Both the position numbers and the translations under genes were made by a program. Below the pieces are notes generated by a model, which was not told the DNA's origin, did no database searches, and was given only the letters and a program-made list of their open reading frames with translations. DNA of 64,000 nt, taken from Podarcis liolepis (lineage: Eukaryota). Positions 50,301 through 60,548 of the stretch are shown in pieces. The stretch lies in NCBI GenBank assembly GCA_965112155.1, contig OZ218104.1; one strand, written 5' to 3'. How positions within the stretch are numbered: the first letter of the stretch is position 1; the number at the start of each line of letters is the position of its first letter.

Positions 50301-53300
50301 CCACTTGTACTGCTAGTTAGGGATGATGGGAGTTGTAGTTCAAAAACAGCTGGAGACTCAAGTTTGAGAAACCTTGCTCTAGATCAGTGTTTCTCAACCT
50401 TTGGGTCCCCAGATGTTGTTGGACTACAACTCCCATCATTCCTAGCCAGCATGACCAGTGGTCAGGGATGATGGGAGTTGTAGTCCAACAACATCTGGGG
50501 ATGCACAGGTTGAGAACTGCTGCTCTAGATGATGCTGGCCTTTCATCATCCCTGACAAATTAACCATGCTGGCTGGGAGAGATGGGAGTTGGGAGCTTAA
50601 CCATATCTGGATGGCTACAGGTTCCCCATCTCTGTTTTAATCCATCTTAATAAAAGCCAGAGCAACCACTCATACCGAGACATAGGAGGGAGTCTTCTTT
50701 CTGGAGAGTGATCCCAGCTCCCAAGAACCTTCCACCCAAGGATGGGGAATTTGTGATCCTCCAGATGTTGCTAGCCTACAACTCCCATCATCCCTGACCA
50801 TTGCCCATGCTGGTTGGAGCTGATGGCAGCTAGAGTCCAAGAGCACTTGGGGTCTCCTGTTCCACATCCCTGGCCAAGGTTCAAGCCTGTGGTTGACTCT
50901 GCTGTGTGGAATTGCCTCCAAAGATGCTCAGAAAGCAAGACTTAAACTGGCTGGTGCAAGATGCTATGTATGACTCAAGGTACTTTCCAAAGCAGCTTTA
51001 GATGTGAGCGAGCAAAGCCATATTGCCAATTAAGAACACATCTGTTGCTCCTTATCTTCTCCTCCACAAAACCAGGAGAGGAGCCATATTCTGAGCTATT
51101 GCACAGATGAATGGCATGACGGTACAAACTGAATCAAGCTTTTCCCAGCATAGTGAATCACAAGAAAATCATGACCAAGTTGCAGCGTGTAGTGAGGAGA
51201 AGGTGTCAAACTTGGACCGGGAAGAGCAGAGTTCAAATCTCCCACCCATCTGAGCCATCTGTCAGCCTAGCCTCATTCTGAGTGCCCTTTTTCTGAACCT
51301 TTTCTAACACTAACATGTGCTTTCTGAGGTGAGGCTTACTAAGAACTATACTGGGCACAAGCCCATACAGTCTTTTTGAAAAGTCCCAAATCTCCCTGCC
51401 CCTAAATCAGCCTTCCCGAACCTGATGTTACCACCCGACTCCAAATGTTTTGGACTCCATCATCCTTGATGAACTTTCTGGCTGCAGCTGCTGGGAGTCG
51501 TAGTCTGACACAAATTGGAAGACGCCAGATAGGGAAAAGCGATCCTCCTGGTTTCAAAGGGCTTGCTAGTTCACACAGAGAGGGAGAAGCCTGGAATTAT
51601 CCTAGGCCTCATTTTCGGCACAGTACAGCTGATGCTCCTCTAAGCCTTCTGATGCAGCCTTGTGACAGGAAATGCTCCGATGCCCACAAACATCTTAATT
51701 ACAACTCCCTGGCCATCCATTTGCTCTGTACATGTGGCTGCCTCAAACAAGACTTGTGCGACTTTACAAAAGAGGAACATGATGGGGAGCAAAAACACTA
51801 GGCACAAAGACACACACACCCTCCCGCTTTCATCTTGCCGCACATCTTTTACAACAACATCATTTACCTTCTTCGGTTACATCCAGTTGTATCTTCACAA
51901 TTTCGTACAGGTGACAGTAATGGTGGTGGAGGTTACAAGAGTAGATGCCTTGGTCGCTCCTGGAGATGTCTTGATTGAAATGCAGTAAGGAGAGAGGGAG
52001 AGAGAGAACCATAGCTGTCAACCTTCCCTTTTTGGGGGGGAAATTCCCTTATTCCAGCGCCGTTTCCCGCTGCTTCCCGCTGCTATCCCGGATTGTTAGA
52101 TATCCCATAGACTGTCCCCGGGACAGGTGAGGCTGCTGATCCCTTATTTTCAAGGCTGCTGATCCCTTATTTTCAAATCTGGAAGTTGACAGCTATGGAG
52201 AGAACTTTGGCATCCAGGTAACAAAACCATGGGGTTGCAGCCAATGCTAGTCTTGCTCAGAGTTGACCCATCCAAGTTAATGGGCAAGACTAACTTCAGT
52301 TCCTTAATTTGCACAGGTCCACTATAAGCCAAACTTAGTTGGAAGGGACCCTGATGGTCATCTAGATCAACCCTCTGCTCGGTGCAGAAGTATTGCAGCT
52401 GCAGCAATCTTGACACATACCTGCCCAACTTCTAGTAAAATATATCCACCACCTCCCAAAGTTGGTCACATCCCTTCCCCCAAAGCATCCCGAGAACTGT
52501 AGCTTACCCCTCGGGCACTGCGCTACAGTTCTCTACAGCCTAATGAAATAAACCAACAATCAGTATCTCCTGTTTAAGGATCAGTGGTAGATGATGAAGG
52601 GCAGGGGAAGGAGCTATTTCCCTGAGCTTCATCATGTCACTTTCCAACTGGGAAAATTCACCACAAGGTGATCATTTCCACTGCACCTGGAGTAGAATCA
52701 TAGGATTGAAGGGGCCCTCGTGTGGTGAGAGCTGGTATTTAGCAAGCCAAACTTCAAGCTCGCTCAGGATATTAAAGACCCCAGTTCTGGGATACTCCAT
52801 TCTGTTCCCCCCTGGTTTCCCCTTACACTCAGACAAAACACACACACTGATGGCTGGTGCTCATGGGGACTGGTGGAGCTGCAGACAAGGAGACCAACAG
52901 TAGGTGGAGCTAGAGCCAATGACAAGCAGAATCACCCCTTGAGGGGATGTGAGGAAGGAAGGTGGGGCTGTCAGGGTAGACTGGGACTGGACCAGTCTCC
53001 AATGTACACAGCTATGCGCTCCCCCAGAACAGAATTGCAGCATTCTGTGGCCACAGAGCATGCTCAGCTCCTACTGGGCCGCTTTAGGCCCTGTTGCCAG
53101 TACTAACTAATCAGATCTTTACAAGATGGGCTACTCATTAATGCATTATATTTACACCCCTGCTTTGGCCCAAACTGGCAAACGAAAACAAAAAAAGAAA
53201 ATTAATACGTTTTAAATCATGAAAGGTCCTGCTTTATGATTTCTACTGATTCAGTGTTTACTTCTCTTGGGTTTTTAAAAATGCTGCTTTTGTTTATTTT

Positions 53301-53570
53301 TAAAATATTTATTCTCTTTGTTAACTTCTGGTTTTTTTGTGGGGGTGGGGAGTGCTGTAAAAGAAAAAGAAGGATTGATTTGGAACATAGGAAGCTGCCT
53401 CATAATTGAGTCAGACCATTGGGTCCATTGAATTAGGTCAGCATTGAAGGCACTGGCTGGCAGCCCTACTGAGAGATGCCAAGAATGGAACCTGATACCT
53501 TCTGCATGCAAAGCAGATGCTCTGCTACTGAGCTATGGCTCTTCCTGTCTGCTCATTTCACACCCAGGCG

Positions 53571-53616
<46 letters not shown>

Positions 53617-55340
53617 CCATTTTGGGTCCCGGTACCTTTGACTACCAGCGAGAAGTTTCCATCCACAAATGCATTTTCCGGCATGAAAATCCGCCCTTGG
53701 TTGTAGCCGCTGTAGACTCGCTGATCCCCAGCCGAATACATGTCGCACAGTCGCTCGGCGTTGTAGTCTCCATACTGGTTCCTGTACAGATCCCAGTGGA
53801 CCACACGCTGGCGGTCGTTCAGGCGGTCCTGGGTCCACACCATCCTGTAGCTCTTGCAGGAGAGGACCGTTCGAGTGCCCGCCTTGGCAGTGATGTTCTG
53901 CACAGACACTACTACGCTCTCGAGATTGGAAGCATCCACTGGGGCTGTCATATGGGAGAGAGAGGGGGCAAGAAAAAGAAGCCACGTGGGGAGATGCACC
54001 CACAATCGGAAGCCTGTCTTTCTCTGCCCACCAGGAGGCCAACCTAAGAAGAGCCCCACTGGATCAGGCCAAAGGCCCATCTAGTCCAGCATCCTGTTCT
54101 CACAGTGGCCAATCAGATGCCCCGACAGGAAGCCCAAAAGCAGGAGCTGCTCTCCCCATATGTGATTCCTGGCTATTGGATGTACACAGAAGCTTACTGC
54201 CTCCAACAGTGCAGCTACAACAATAGCTGTGATGGCTAACAGCCTAACCACTGGCAACCCTAGCCTAGTGCAGATCATATCTCTTTACAGCTGATACAAC
54301 TCTCGTACTGTAGCAGCTCAACCCCATACATGCCTTATTTCTGAGAAGTCCCATTTGGTTCAATGGGGCTTTCTCCCAGGTAAGTGTACATGGGGTGTCA
54401 GTCCAGCTCTGAGAGCCAGTGTGCTGTAGTGGTTAGAAGTGCTGGATCAGGACCTGGGAGGTAAAGGTAAAGGGACCCCTGACCATTAGGTCCAGTCGTG
54501 ACCGACTCTGGGGTTGCGGCGCTCATCTCGCTTTACAGGCCGAGGGAGCCAGCGTACAGCTTCCGGGTCATGTGGCCAGCATGACTAAGCCGCTTCTGGT
54601 GAACCAGAGCAGCGCACGGAAACGCCGTTTACCTTCCTGTCAGAGTGGTACCTATTTATCTACTTGCACTTCGACATGCTTTCGAACTGCTAGGTTGGCA
54701 GGAGCAGGGACTGAGCAACGGGAGCTCACCCCATCGCAGGGATTCGAACCACCGACCTTCTGATCGGCAAGTCCTAGGCTCTGTGGTTTAACCCACAGAG
54801 CCACCTGCGTCCCCAGGACCTGGGAGACCAGGGTACAAATCCCCACTTGGCCATGAAGCTAACTGAGTGATTTTGAACTAGGCATACTCTCTTAGCCTAA
54901 CTTCCCCCACAAGGATGTTGTTGTTGTTGTTGTTGTTGTTGCTGAAGGCTAAAATGGGGAAAGAGGGAGATGCCACCTTTGGCTCCTTATGGGAAAATGC
55001 AGGTTATAAATGTAAAATAAATAACCACTATAACAATTTATAAGGATTTTTAAGGTCAAGGAGACAGATCCCCCCCACCCCCAATCCACGCCCACCCCAT
55101 AACCACCAGGCCCACAAATTAATAAGGTTTGTGTGGCATTCAACATGGTTTGATTGCAGTAATTATTAGTATTACTGTTATTTAGATCTGTTGGCTGCTT
55201 GTTACCAAAAGGTTGCCAAGTGACTTACAAGAAGTTTAAAAACATAAATGCATTATTACACCATTAACATAATTCATACAAAGCAGCTGAAGTTCATATG
55301 AAATATCTGTATTTACCTGAATAGGGATGGACAACAGACT
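36835..55340 (-). CDS. MXRA8: Matrix remodeling-associated protein 8 (limitrin/DICAM), spliced CDS exons 2-10: join(55317-55340,53636-53944,51868-51969,49351-49812,42258-42416,41466-41496,40917-40993,38661-38738,36835-36860); exon 1 not located
   Basis: Two Ig domains with the [18 protein letters not shown] and YSCxLHHHYC motifs, a TM helix, and a tail DYKNNILKE...FRKEYCK*. All nine exons have AG/GT ends and phases that join into one open frame (1268 nt plus 1 nt from exon 1). Confidence 0.95.
37030..37552 (-). mobile_element. L2-clade LINE ORF2 3' fragment (MXRA8 intron 9)
   Basis: [19 protein letters not shown]...[14 protein letters not shown]...[12 protein letters not shown]...[10 protein letters not shown], typical L2 C-terminus. 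Confidence 0.9.
37830..38230 (-). mobile_element. Older L2-clade ORF2 internal fragment
   Basis: Frameshifted [17 protein letters not shown]...PW...[13 protein letters not shown]...KKAY..ATIASA..LF motifs. Confidence 0.65.
38661..38738 (-). CDS. MXRA8: MXRA8 exon 9 ([26 protein letters not shown])
   Basis: 78 nt, acceptor tcctgctacAG, donor AAG|GTAAGA. Confidence 0.93.
38863..39234 (+). mobile_element. Sauria SINE
   Basis: Full body with tail cctttacctttacctt. Confidence 0.9.
39765..40210 (+). mobile_element. Degenerate L2 3' end
   Basis: Decayed HVTP.LKDL..LP...[11 protein letters not shown]-like sequence followed by an AT-rich UTR and (TAAA)-like tail. Confidence 0.5.
40267..40491. mobile_element. 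Tigger-like MITE (variant)
   Basis: cagtggtaccttggttctc/gagaaccaaggtaccactg TIRs. Confidence 0.8.
40600..40841. mobile_element. Tigger-like MITE
   Basis: TA-flanked TIRs, ~75 bp from the exon 8 donor. Confidence 0.85.
40917..40993 (-). CDS. MXRA8: MXRA8 exon 8 (KEVNLSEF...YKSEDIKL)
   Basis: 77 nt, acceptor ttttgctttgccAG, donor TGG|GTAAGT; similar to human KDVNLAEF...YRSEDIQL. Confidence 0.92.
41466..41496 (-). CDS. MXRA8: MXRA8 exon 7 ([10 protein letters not shown])
   Basis: 31 nt, acceptor ttttctttctcttttctAG, donor TGA|GTGAGT; phase 1-2 is exactly what is needed to join exons 6 and 8. Confidence 0.85.
41850..42171 (+). mobile_element. Possible LTR remnant (Gypsy-like)
   Basis: tatatgtgtaaataaaaccata...agtctcc...aaccctggg...acccctg pattern resembles squamate LTR R/U5 regions as recalled; boundaries uncertain. 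Confidence 0.4.
42258..42416 (-). CDS. MXRA8: MXRA8 exon 6 (transmembrane exon)
   Basis: 159 nt; [46 protein letters not shown]; donor GAG|GTGAGT. Confidence 0.95.
42702..42958 (+). mobile_element. LINE 3' end inserted in a tRNA-Ala-like SINE
   Basis: AATAAA plus (GAAA)n tail; 14-bp TSD agcttagtgctgtc/agcttaatgctgtc (42688-42701, 42959-42972). Confidence 0.75.
43462..43708. mobile_element. hAT-Charlie-like MITE
   Basis: Exact TSD ctctaatc (43454-43461, 43709-43716). Confidence 0.85.
43828..43970 (+). mobile_element. tRNA-Ile(AAT)-derived head plus CR1-type tail SINE
   Basis: tagctcagttggttagagtgtggtgctaataatgccaaggttgcaggttcgatccctgtatggg resembles tRNA-Ile-AAT; then ttgcagggggttggactagatg...cccttccagctcttatgattct. 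Confidence 0.75.
46012..46296. mobile_element. GC-rich TIR element (Harbinger-like MITE)
   Basis: aggggcggaggaag / cttcctccaccgct imperfect TIRs; superfamily uncertain. Confidence 0.5.
46581..46921 (+). mobile_element. Sauria SINE inserted into the left TIR of a Tigger-like MITE (46577-47139)
   Basis: tacagtgg|SINE|tacctctggttg...catgaggtatgactgTA. Confidence 0.85.
47257..47331. repeat. (ATT)n microsatellite; others: (AAT) 20548-20592, (ATT) 45303-45349, (GT)(GA) 35049-35107, (GT) 53573-53615, (TAAA) 18533-18582
   Basis: Seen directly. Confidence 0.95.
49351..49812 (-). CDS. MXRA8: MXRA8 exon 5 (Ig domain 2 and stalk)
   Basis: 462 nt, acceptor ttctttcaacAG, donor CAG|GTAGGT; FWDGEK...[20 protein letters not shown]. 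Confidence 0.95.
49839..49943 (+). mobile_element. Tc1-family TIR fragment
   Basis: TA|cagtgagggggggaaagtatttgatcccttgctaaatttgcccgtttgccc...taattttaatggtagg, the start of a Tc1-type terminal repeat as recalled. Confidence 0.65.
50208..50634. mobile_element. Stack of three hAT MITEs: two (50238-50376, 50385-50522) inserted in a third
   Basis: ctctagat occurs three times (50230-37, 50377-84, 50523-30), delimiting two palindromic units. Confidence 0.88.
51868..51969 (-). CDS. MXRA8: MXRA8 exon 4 ([34 protein letters not shown])
   Basis: 102 nt, acceptor caatcaAG, donor AAG|GTAAAT; carries the Ig DxGxYxC motif. Confidence 0.93.
52010..52197. mobile_element. hAT MITE
   Basis: TIR catagctgtcaac/gttgacagctatg; exact TSD gagagaac (52002-09, 52198-205); internal 23-bp tandem duplication. 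Confidence 0.9.
53636..53944 (-). CDS. MXRA8: MXRA8 exon 3 (Ig domain 1, APVDASN...GNFSLVVK)
   Basis: Acceptor ...catatgacAG|CCCCAG, donor AAG|GTACCG; 309 nt; core of ORF 53553-54080. Confidence 0.95.
54461..54813 (-). mobile_element. Sauria SINE inserted in a Squam3-like SINE (~54411-55025)
   Basis: 13-bp TSD caggacctgggag (54448-54460, 54814-54826). Confidence 0.92.
55317..55340 (-). CDS. MXRA8: MXRA8 exon 2 (24-nt microexon, xSVVHPYS)
   Basis: Strong pyrimidine tract tttctttttctttctcctttcAG, donor CAG|GTAAAT, phase 1-1; matches the recalled 24-nt exon 2 of mammalian MXRA8. Confidence 0.8.
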
Positions 55341-55652
55341 CTGAAAGGAGAAAGAAAAAGAAAATATTAGTGACACAATAGGTGGATCTGCATTGATTAG
55401 TTGTGTTTCTTCTCAGGGATTTGACTTGGCAAGCCAGGATGCAGCCTCAAAAGGATTCAGGGACACAGATCCCCACCAAGCGGATGCACCAACTCTGTAG
55501 CCGTCAGACATGTCATCCCCAAAACTACCAGGCCTCCAACAGGACATGGGAATCCTGTAACACTAACCCGCTTGCTGATAACCTTCTGTCAAGACGCCAA
55601 CCCTAGAGAGCCAGCCAGCTTGGTTTCTGTTTCGCCCTGCCATTTTGGATTT

Positions 55653-55898
55653 GAAGAAGAAGAGTTTGGATTGGATATCCCGCTTTATCACTACCCAAAG
55701 GAGTCTCAAAGCGGCTAACATTCTCCTTTCCCTTCTTCCCCCACAACAAACACTCTGTGAGGTGAGTGGGGCTGAGAGACTTCAGAGAAGTGTGACTAGC
55801 CCAAGGTCACCCAGCAGCTGCATGTGGAGGAGCGGAGACGCGAACCCGGTTCCCCAGATTACGAATCTACTGCTCTTAACCACTACACCACACTGGCT
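55653..55898 (-). mobile_element. Squam3-like SINE, young subfamily
   Basis: Near-identical to 25808-26050. Confidence 0.8.
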
Positions 55899-56227
55899 TT
55901 TGTGTACTACTTGGTATCTAACATGTTTTTAACTTACTGCCATTCATTGCTTGCGAATGACATTATCTGTTATTACGGATTATGTTAAGAGTCCTTGGAT
56001 GTTTTTTTCATGGAAAGGCAAGTTGTAGAAACTGTGGCCTTCTTCCAGACATTGCTCCCATCACCCTTGGGCATTGGCCATGCCATTTGCAGATGATGAG
56101 GGTTGGGAGTCCAACGACATCAGGAGGGCTACACGTTCCCCACCCATGATCAATAAAGAGACTAGCTGCTACCTCGTTGCAAGTTTTTCTGCAGGTCTAT
56201 TTGCTGTTCAAGTAATATTATCAGAGG

Positions 56228-56545
56228 TAGGCCCATAGCTCAGGGGTAGAGCATCTGCTTTGCATGCAGAGGGTCCCAGTTTCAATCCCAGGCATCTCCA
56301 GGTAGGGCTGGGAGAGGCTCCCTGCCTGAAACCCTGGAAAGCTGCTGCCAGTCAGTGTAGACAATACTGAGCCAAGTGGACTATTGGTCTGACTCTGCAT
56401 AAGGCAACTTTGTCACACTTCTTTCCAGGGCACAAGGCAGGTCTGTCTGAAACCCTGGAGAATAGCTGCCAGCCAGTGTAGAAAATACTGAGCTAGATGG
56501 ACCAGTGGTCTGACGCTGCATAAGGCAGCTTTCTACAGTCCTACA
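56228..56545 (+). mobile_element. tRNA-Ala(TGC)-like SINE with duplicated 3' body
   Basis: tagctcaggggtagagcatctgctttgcatgcagagggtcccag head; the gaaaccctgga...taaggca body occurs twice. Other copies at ~8141, 11365, 17590, 17720, 20155, 21845, 30270, 35346, 53382. Confidence 0.75.
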
Positions 56546-57568
56546 TTCCTATTTCATTTCTTTCTTGTGGCACATTAGCAGCTCCCTCTTGCTGCACATT
56601 GTTTTGGGAATTGCTGCGCTAAGGCCTGGCCTTCCACGTTTCCCAGTGTTTTCCTCACGGGTGAATCTCCTCCCACGGCGGACATTTTGGAAAAGGAAAA
56701 GCCAACTGTATAAGCAAAGAGCTCTTACTCCCCTCTCTGCCCTTGGAAAGTCCAGGCGTTTTGGGGGTTGGTTGTTGTTTTTTTAACAGTGCCGGCAGCA
56801 GATATGTTCCCATCCCAAATTACTGCTCCATGGAGGAGGTCAGATTGCAGCCTTGGTTTTCGCTGGAACTGGTGCCAAGAAGCAATGAGGATGGAATGCA
56901 GATGGGAATAATCACACATGGAGGGTTTTCAAGGCCTTCCTTCCTTAAGGAACTTGCTACAACACAGTTTTTCTGGTGATGCTTGGACCTCCCTACTCTC
57001 CACCCCCCAAAAAACACAAGCAAACGCATGCACACACACCCCTCTGCGAGACAAATAAAATACAAGACAAAAAAAGCAGGCAGTGCTCTCCCCCAAGAAA
57101 CAGACAAGTCGCTCCCACAGCAAAAGAGCCCCCCAAACTAATTCTTAATTATATAATGGGGGGGATCAAGGGATGTTCGAAGGTGCCAATGTGGGGGTCT
57201 TGAGGGCTTCGTGTCGCCCATGGGCACCACACTGGAAATACTGGGGTGCTGTTACCCATATCCCACCCCCCACTCCTGAGGGGCTAAAAGCAGTGGTCCA
57301 TCTGGGCAGATGGGGCAGTGCCCCACCAGCTTTGACCTTCCTGCTTTCTTTCTTATAAATGGATGGCCCTGCCTGTCAACTTCCTCCTCCTTAGCTGCCC
57401 TTGCAGAACTGAACAGGGAGGAAGAAGGGGCATAGCTGGTAGCAGTTGGCTCTGCCAACTATTGGGGTGCCCTACATTCTGCCCCACCACTCCCAGTGGG
57501 TGCCAGCCACCACTGGGTAAAAGCAGCCAGAGGGGGTACCAGGGGGTAGCTTTTAGTGGGGGGAAAGA

Positions 57569-57644
57569 TGGCCTCATCCCTTCCTCTTTGGCCTCATCCC
57601 TTCCTCTTTGGCCTCATCCCTTCCTCTTTGGCCTCATCCCTTCC
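57569..57644. repeat. 20-bp minisatellite (tggcctcatcccttcctctt) x ~3.8
   Basis: Direct tandem copies. Confidence 0.95.
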
Positions 57645-58403
57645 ACAAGCTCAACTTTGGAATTGCCTAATTTGTTACCTTGCATATTTGCACCTCATTT
57701 CATGCCTTTTGCACACACAATTTATCCCTGTCACATTCCCAATTTGCACGCACGGATCTTCTTGAATCACCGTCGCTCACACTGCTTGCAGAATGGGCAC
57801 TAGTGCCATATTATTTACTATCCGAACTTACTAGTCACTTGCCACACTCACAAAAGGTCTCCAAGGGACTTATAAAAACATTTTAAGAGTGTAAATAAAA
57901 ATAATCTGTTATAATAAAAAAAATGCAACCGTTCTTTTTCTTTTTTTAAAAGAAATCTATAGCACGAAGAAGCTTAAGCTGCAACAAAATCATCATAACC
58001 AACAAACATCCTTCTAGTCCATCAAACGCCTGGAAAAAAAGAGGTCAGTTTTTCCGTACGTTTTATCCTGCGCGAAAAGCTAATGTTAATATAGTGTGCA
58101 CTATGTAGTTCGGCATTGCCAGATTTACAAGCAAAGGCAAACTCTTATGTGCTCTTTGTTTCAGGTGTTGAGTGGATAGCTGAGCAGACAGCACAGGCAT
58201 CAATGGGGAGAATCAGCTGTTTCCTTCCCTCTGAGGAACTATAATCCTCAGGTTCCCAGCTTTCATTAAAAAGAGAGAAAGCAACTTTCTTCCCATTTTT
58301 GTGTGAGAAACTAACTTGCTCCCCTCTTCATTCTTTGATTTTTAATTAATTAATTAATTGAATTGAATTTGTACATCACCCCTCATCTGTAGATCTCAGT
58401 ATA

Positions 58404-58645
58404 CAGTGGTACCTCTGCTTACATACTTAATTCTTTCCGGAGGTCCGTTCTTAACCTGAAACTGTTCTTAACCTGAAGCACCACTTTAGCTAATGGGGCC
58501 TCCTGCTGCTGCTGCGCCGCGGGAGCATGGTTTCTGTTCTCATCCTGAAGCAAAGTTCTTAACCCGAGGTACTATTTCTGGGTTAGTGGAGTCTGTAACC
58601 TGAAGCGTCTGTAACCTGAAGCGTCTGTAACCCGAGGTACCACTG
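58404..58645. mobile_element. Tigger-like MITE
   Basis: TA-flanked TIRs. Confidence 0.85.
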
Positions 58646-59074
58646 TACTTTTTCACTTTGTCCTACTCCTGGAAGGGGTGTTGAATGTGCTGCGAACTGT
58701 AGCTCTGTGTGGTCATCACCTTTTGCGAACTATAGTTTCCAGGATTCTTTTGGGGGAAGGGAAAGCAGCGACTGTTAATGTGGTATAACAGGGAAGTTGT
58801 TGGCCGGCCAGATGCTGCTGAACTACAACTCCCATCAGCTGCAGCAAGCATGGCCGATGGCCGGAGGGATGATGGGAGTCATAGTCCAGCAACCTCTGGT
58901 GGGCCAAAGGTTCCCCACACTTGTGATATAAGCAGGGGCCGCGTGGCCCGTTTCGCTGCTTGAGATGAAACAGGAAGTGCTACCCTGCCACTACCACCCA
59001 CCTGCTCCTGCCACTGCTGCATGCCCTGCCACTGCTGCTGCTGAAATTGCGTTGCAAGTCCCCTCCCCCATGTG

Positions 59075-59815
59075 AAATGAAGACACTGGACACGTTATTT
59101 AAGGTTAATGGGCATAAAAAGGCCGCAACTTTATTGATTACAGAATTGAAAGGTATTGGCCTTAGGCATTGGCTCCTATCGACTACCCAGCATGGAGACC
59201 GGGAAGGGTTATCCACAAGCCGTGGGAGTCCTGTTGAAGTACGCCAACTAGGATCCCACGCGTGTCACCGCTCGGGGGCGTGCCAGAGGCCCTTACCTCC
59301 CTAGGTTTCGGACAAGGCAACGCCCCCCGGAGTCCTCTACCGGACTACCCTTTTCCTTGGGGGAAGGTGATGGCGCTTCCTTCCCCCCCATTCATTTGCA
59401 TAACAATTAACCCCTGCCAATGCCTAACCGCCAATACCGCGGAAGTTGCTACGAGGTAGGCGAAAAAACCAAAAGGCTAAAAGTGCGCCAAGTTGGAAAA
59501 ATTCCTACCAGGCCCCATGCGGCGACCAACCGGAGTCCGTAGTAAGGTCATAGCTAGCTAAGCCTAAGGGAGGGTGGGATGGGAAAACCGCTCAGCTGGA
59601 AAGGGGAAAGAGGGCGGTCCCCGGGCGTGCCTAGCCTTAAGTAGGCTAGGCCACGCCTCCCCAGCCCGCCGATTGGCAGGCCGCGTTGAAGACATGCCCA
59701 GGGATTCCCTGGATCTCGCGGGGGCAAACGGCCAGCCCCAGCGTGTGTGGGAGGGGGTAGCCCGCAATCCCCTCTCCTCCCGAGCTCGGAAATGGCTTTG
59801 GCGCCAATGGCGCTG
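59075..59815 (-). mobile_element. CpG-rich retroelement terminal repeat (DIRS/Ngaro-like or LTR)
   Basis: Minus strand has AATAAAgttgcggcc (59135-59121), CCAAT (59676-71), TATA-like tacttaag (59643-36), GC boxes and an internal inverted ttaggcattggc; abrupt CpG enrichment relative to flanks. Family is by recall only. Confidence 0.55.
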
Positions 59816-60548
59816 TTGCTTTACCACTGCAGGAGGAGGCGGGGCACATGCAGAGGTGCTGCCTGGAGGGCTTCTGCTGCCTGAGGCAGTGACCTCACCC
59901 TGCCTAATGGCTGGGCCGTCTCTGGGTATAAGACAACTTTAAATGGATGGTATGGATGTGAACTGAGTCTCATCATCACTCCTTCAAAGTCATGACATGG
60001 TGCCTGCCTTTTTAGATACAGGAAGCGGCAAGGCCCTTCCACACCGCATGTGTGTGAAAACAAACATGCTGTTTCTATTTTTCAGGTTAATGCAACAAAT
60101 GCCAACTCCCTCGCAGATCCCATAGATCCAATATCTTACAAATCGTTATATATATAAAAATTGGCCATGCTTCCAAAAAGCAGGAAACTCACCAGATGTG
60201 CCTTTTCATTGGAACTGCACAATCCTTGAGCCATGAATAGCATTTAACCCTGCTTCTGGGCTGTTTTATTGTGCCAGGCTTACCTACTAGCACGATAAAA
60301 GACCACCCAAGTCCTAGATCTCCTGCAGGGCTGTGACATGCCTGCCGTGCTATAACTAGCTGCCTGCAGTTTTCAACAACTGAATCTGCTTTACTGCGTT
60401 AGGCTACAAGCACAGGGAAAGGGAGAAGCTGCAACAGTTCCCGCTTCTGCCTGTCCTGCTGCCCTCGCTGAGCCTCTGAGCAAGCTATATCTGACAGCTT
60501 GAAGACACACCTACTCATTCCATCCTGAAAGAAAACCACTCATCAATA

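Noticed and set aside
50230-50530. Repeat-spacer pattern resembling a CRISPR array
   Set aside because: Eukaryotic DNA; the repeats are 8-bp TSDs and the spacers are palindromic MITEs.
60185-60234. ATG...CTG|GTGAGT mini-exon (MAQGLCSSNEKAHL) as MXRA8 exon 1; also candidates near 56730-56813 and 61450-61486
   Set aside because: Wrong phase for the first, and none encodes a hydrophobic signal peptide.
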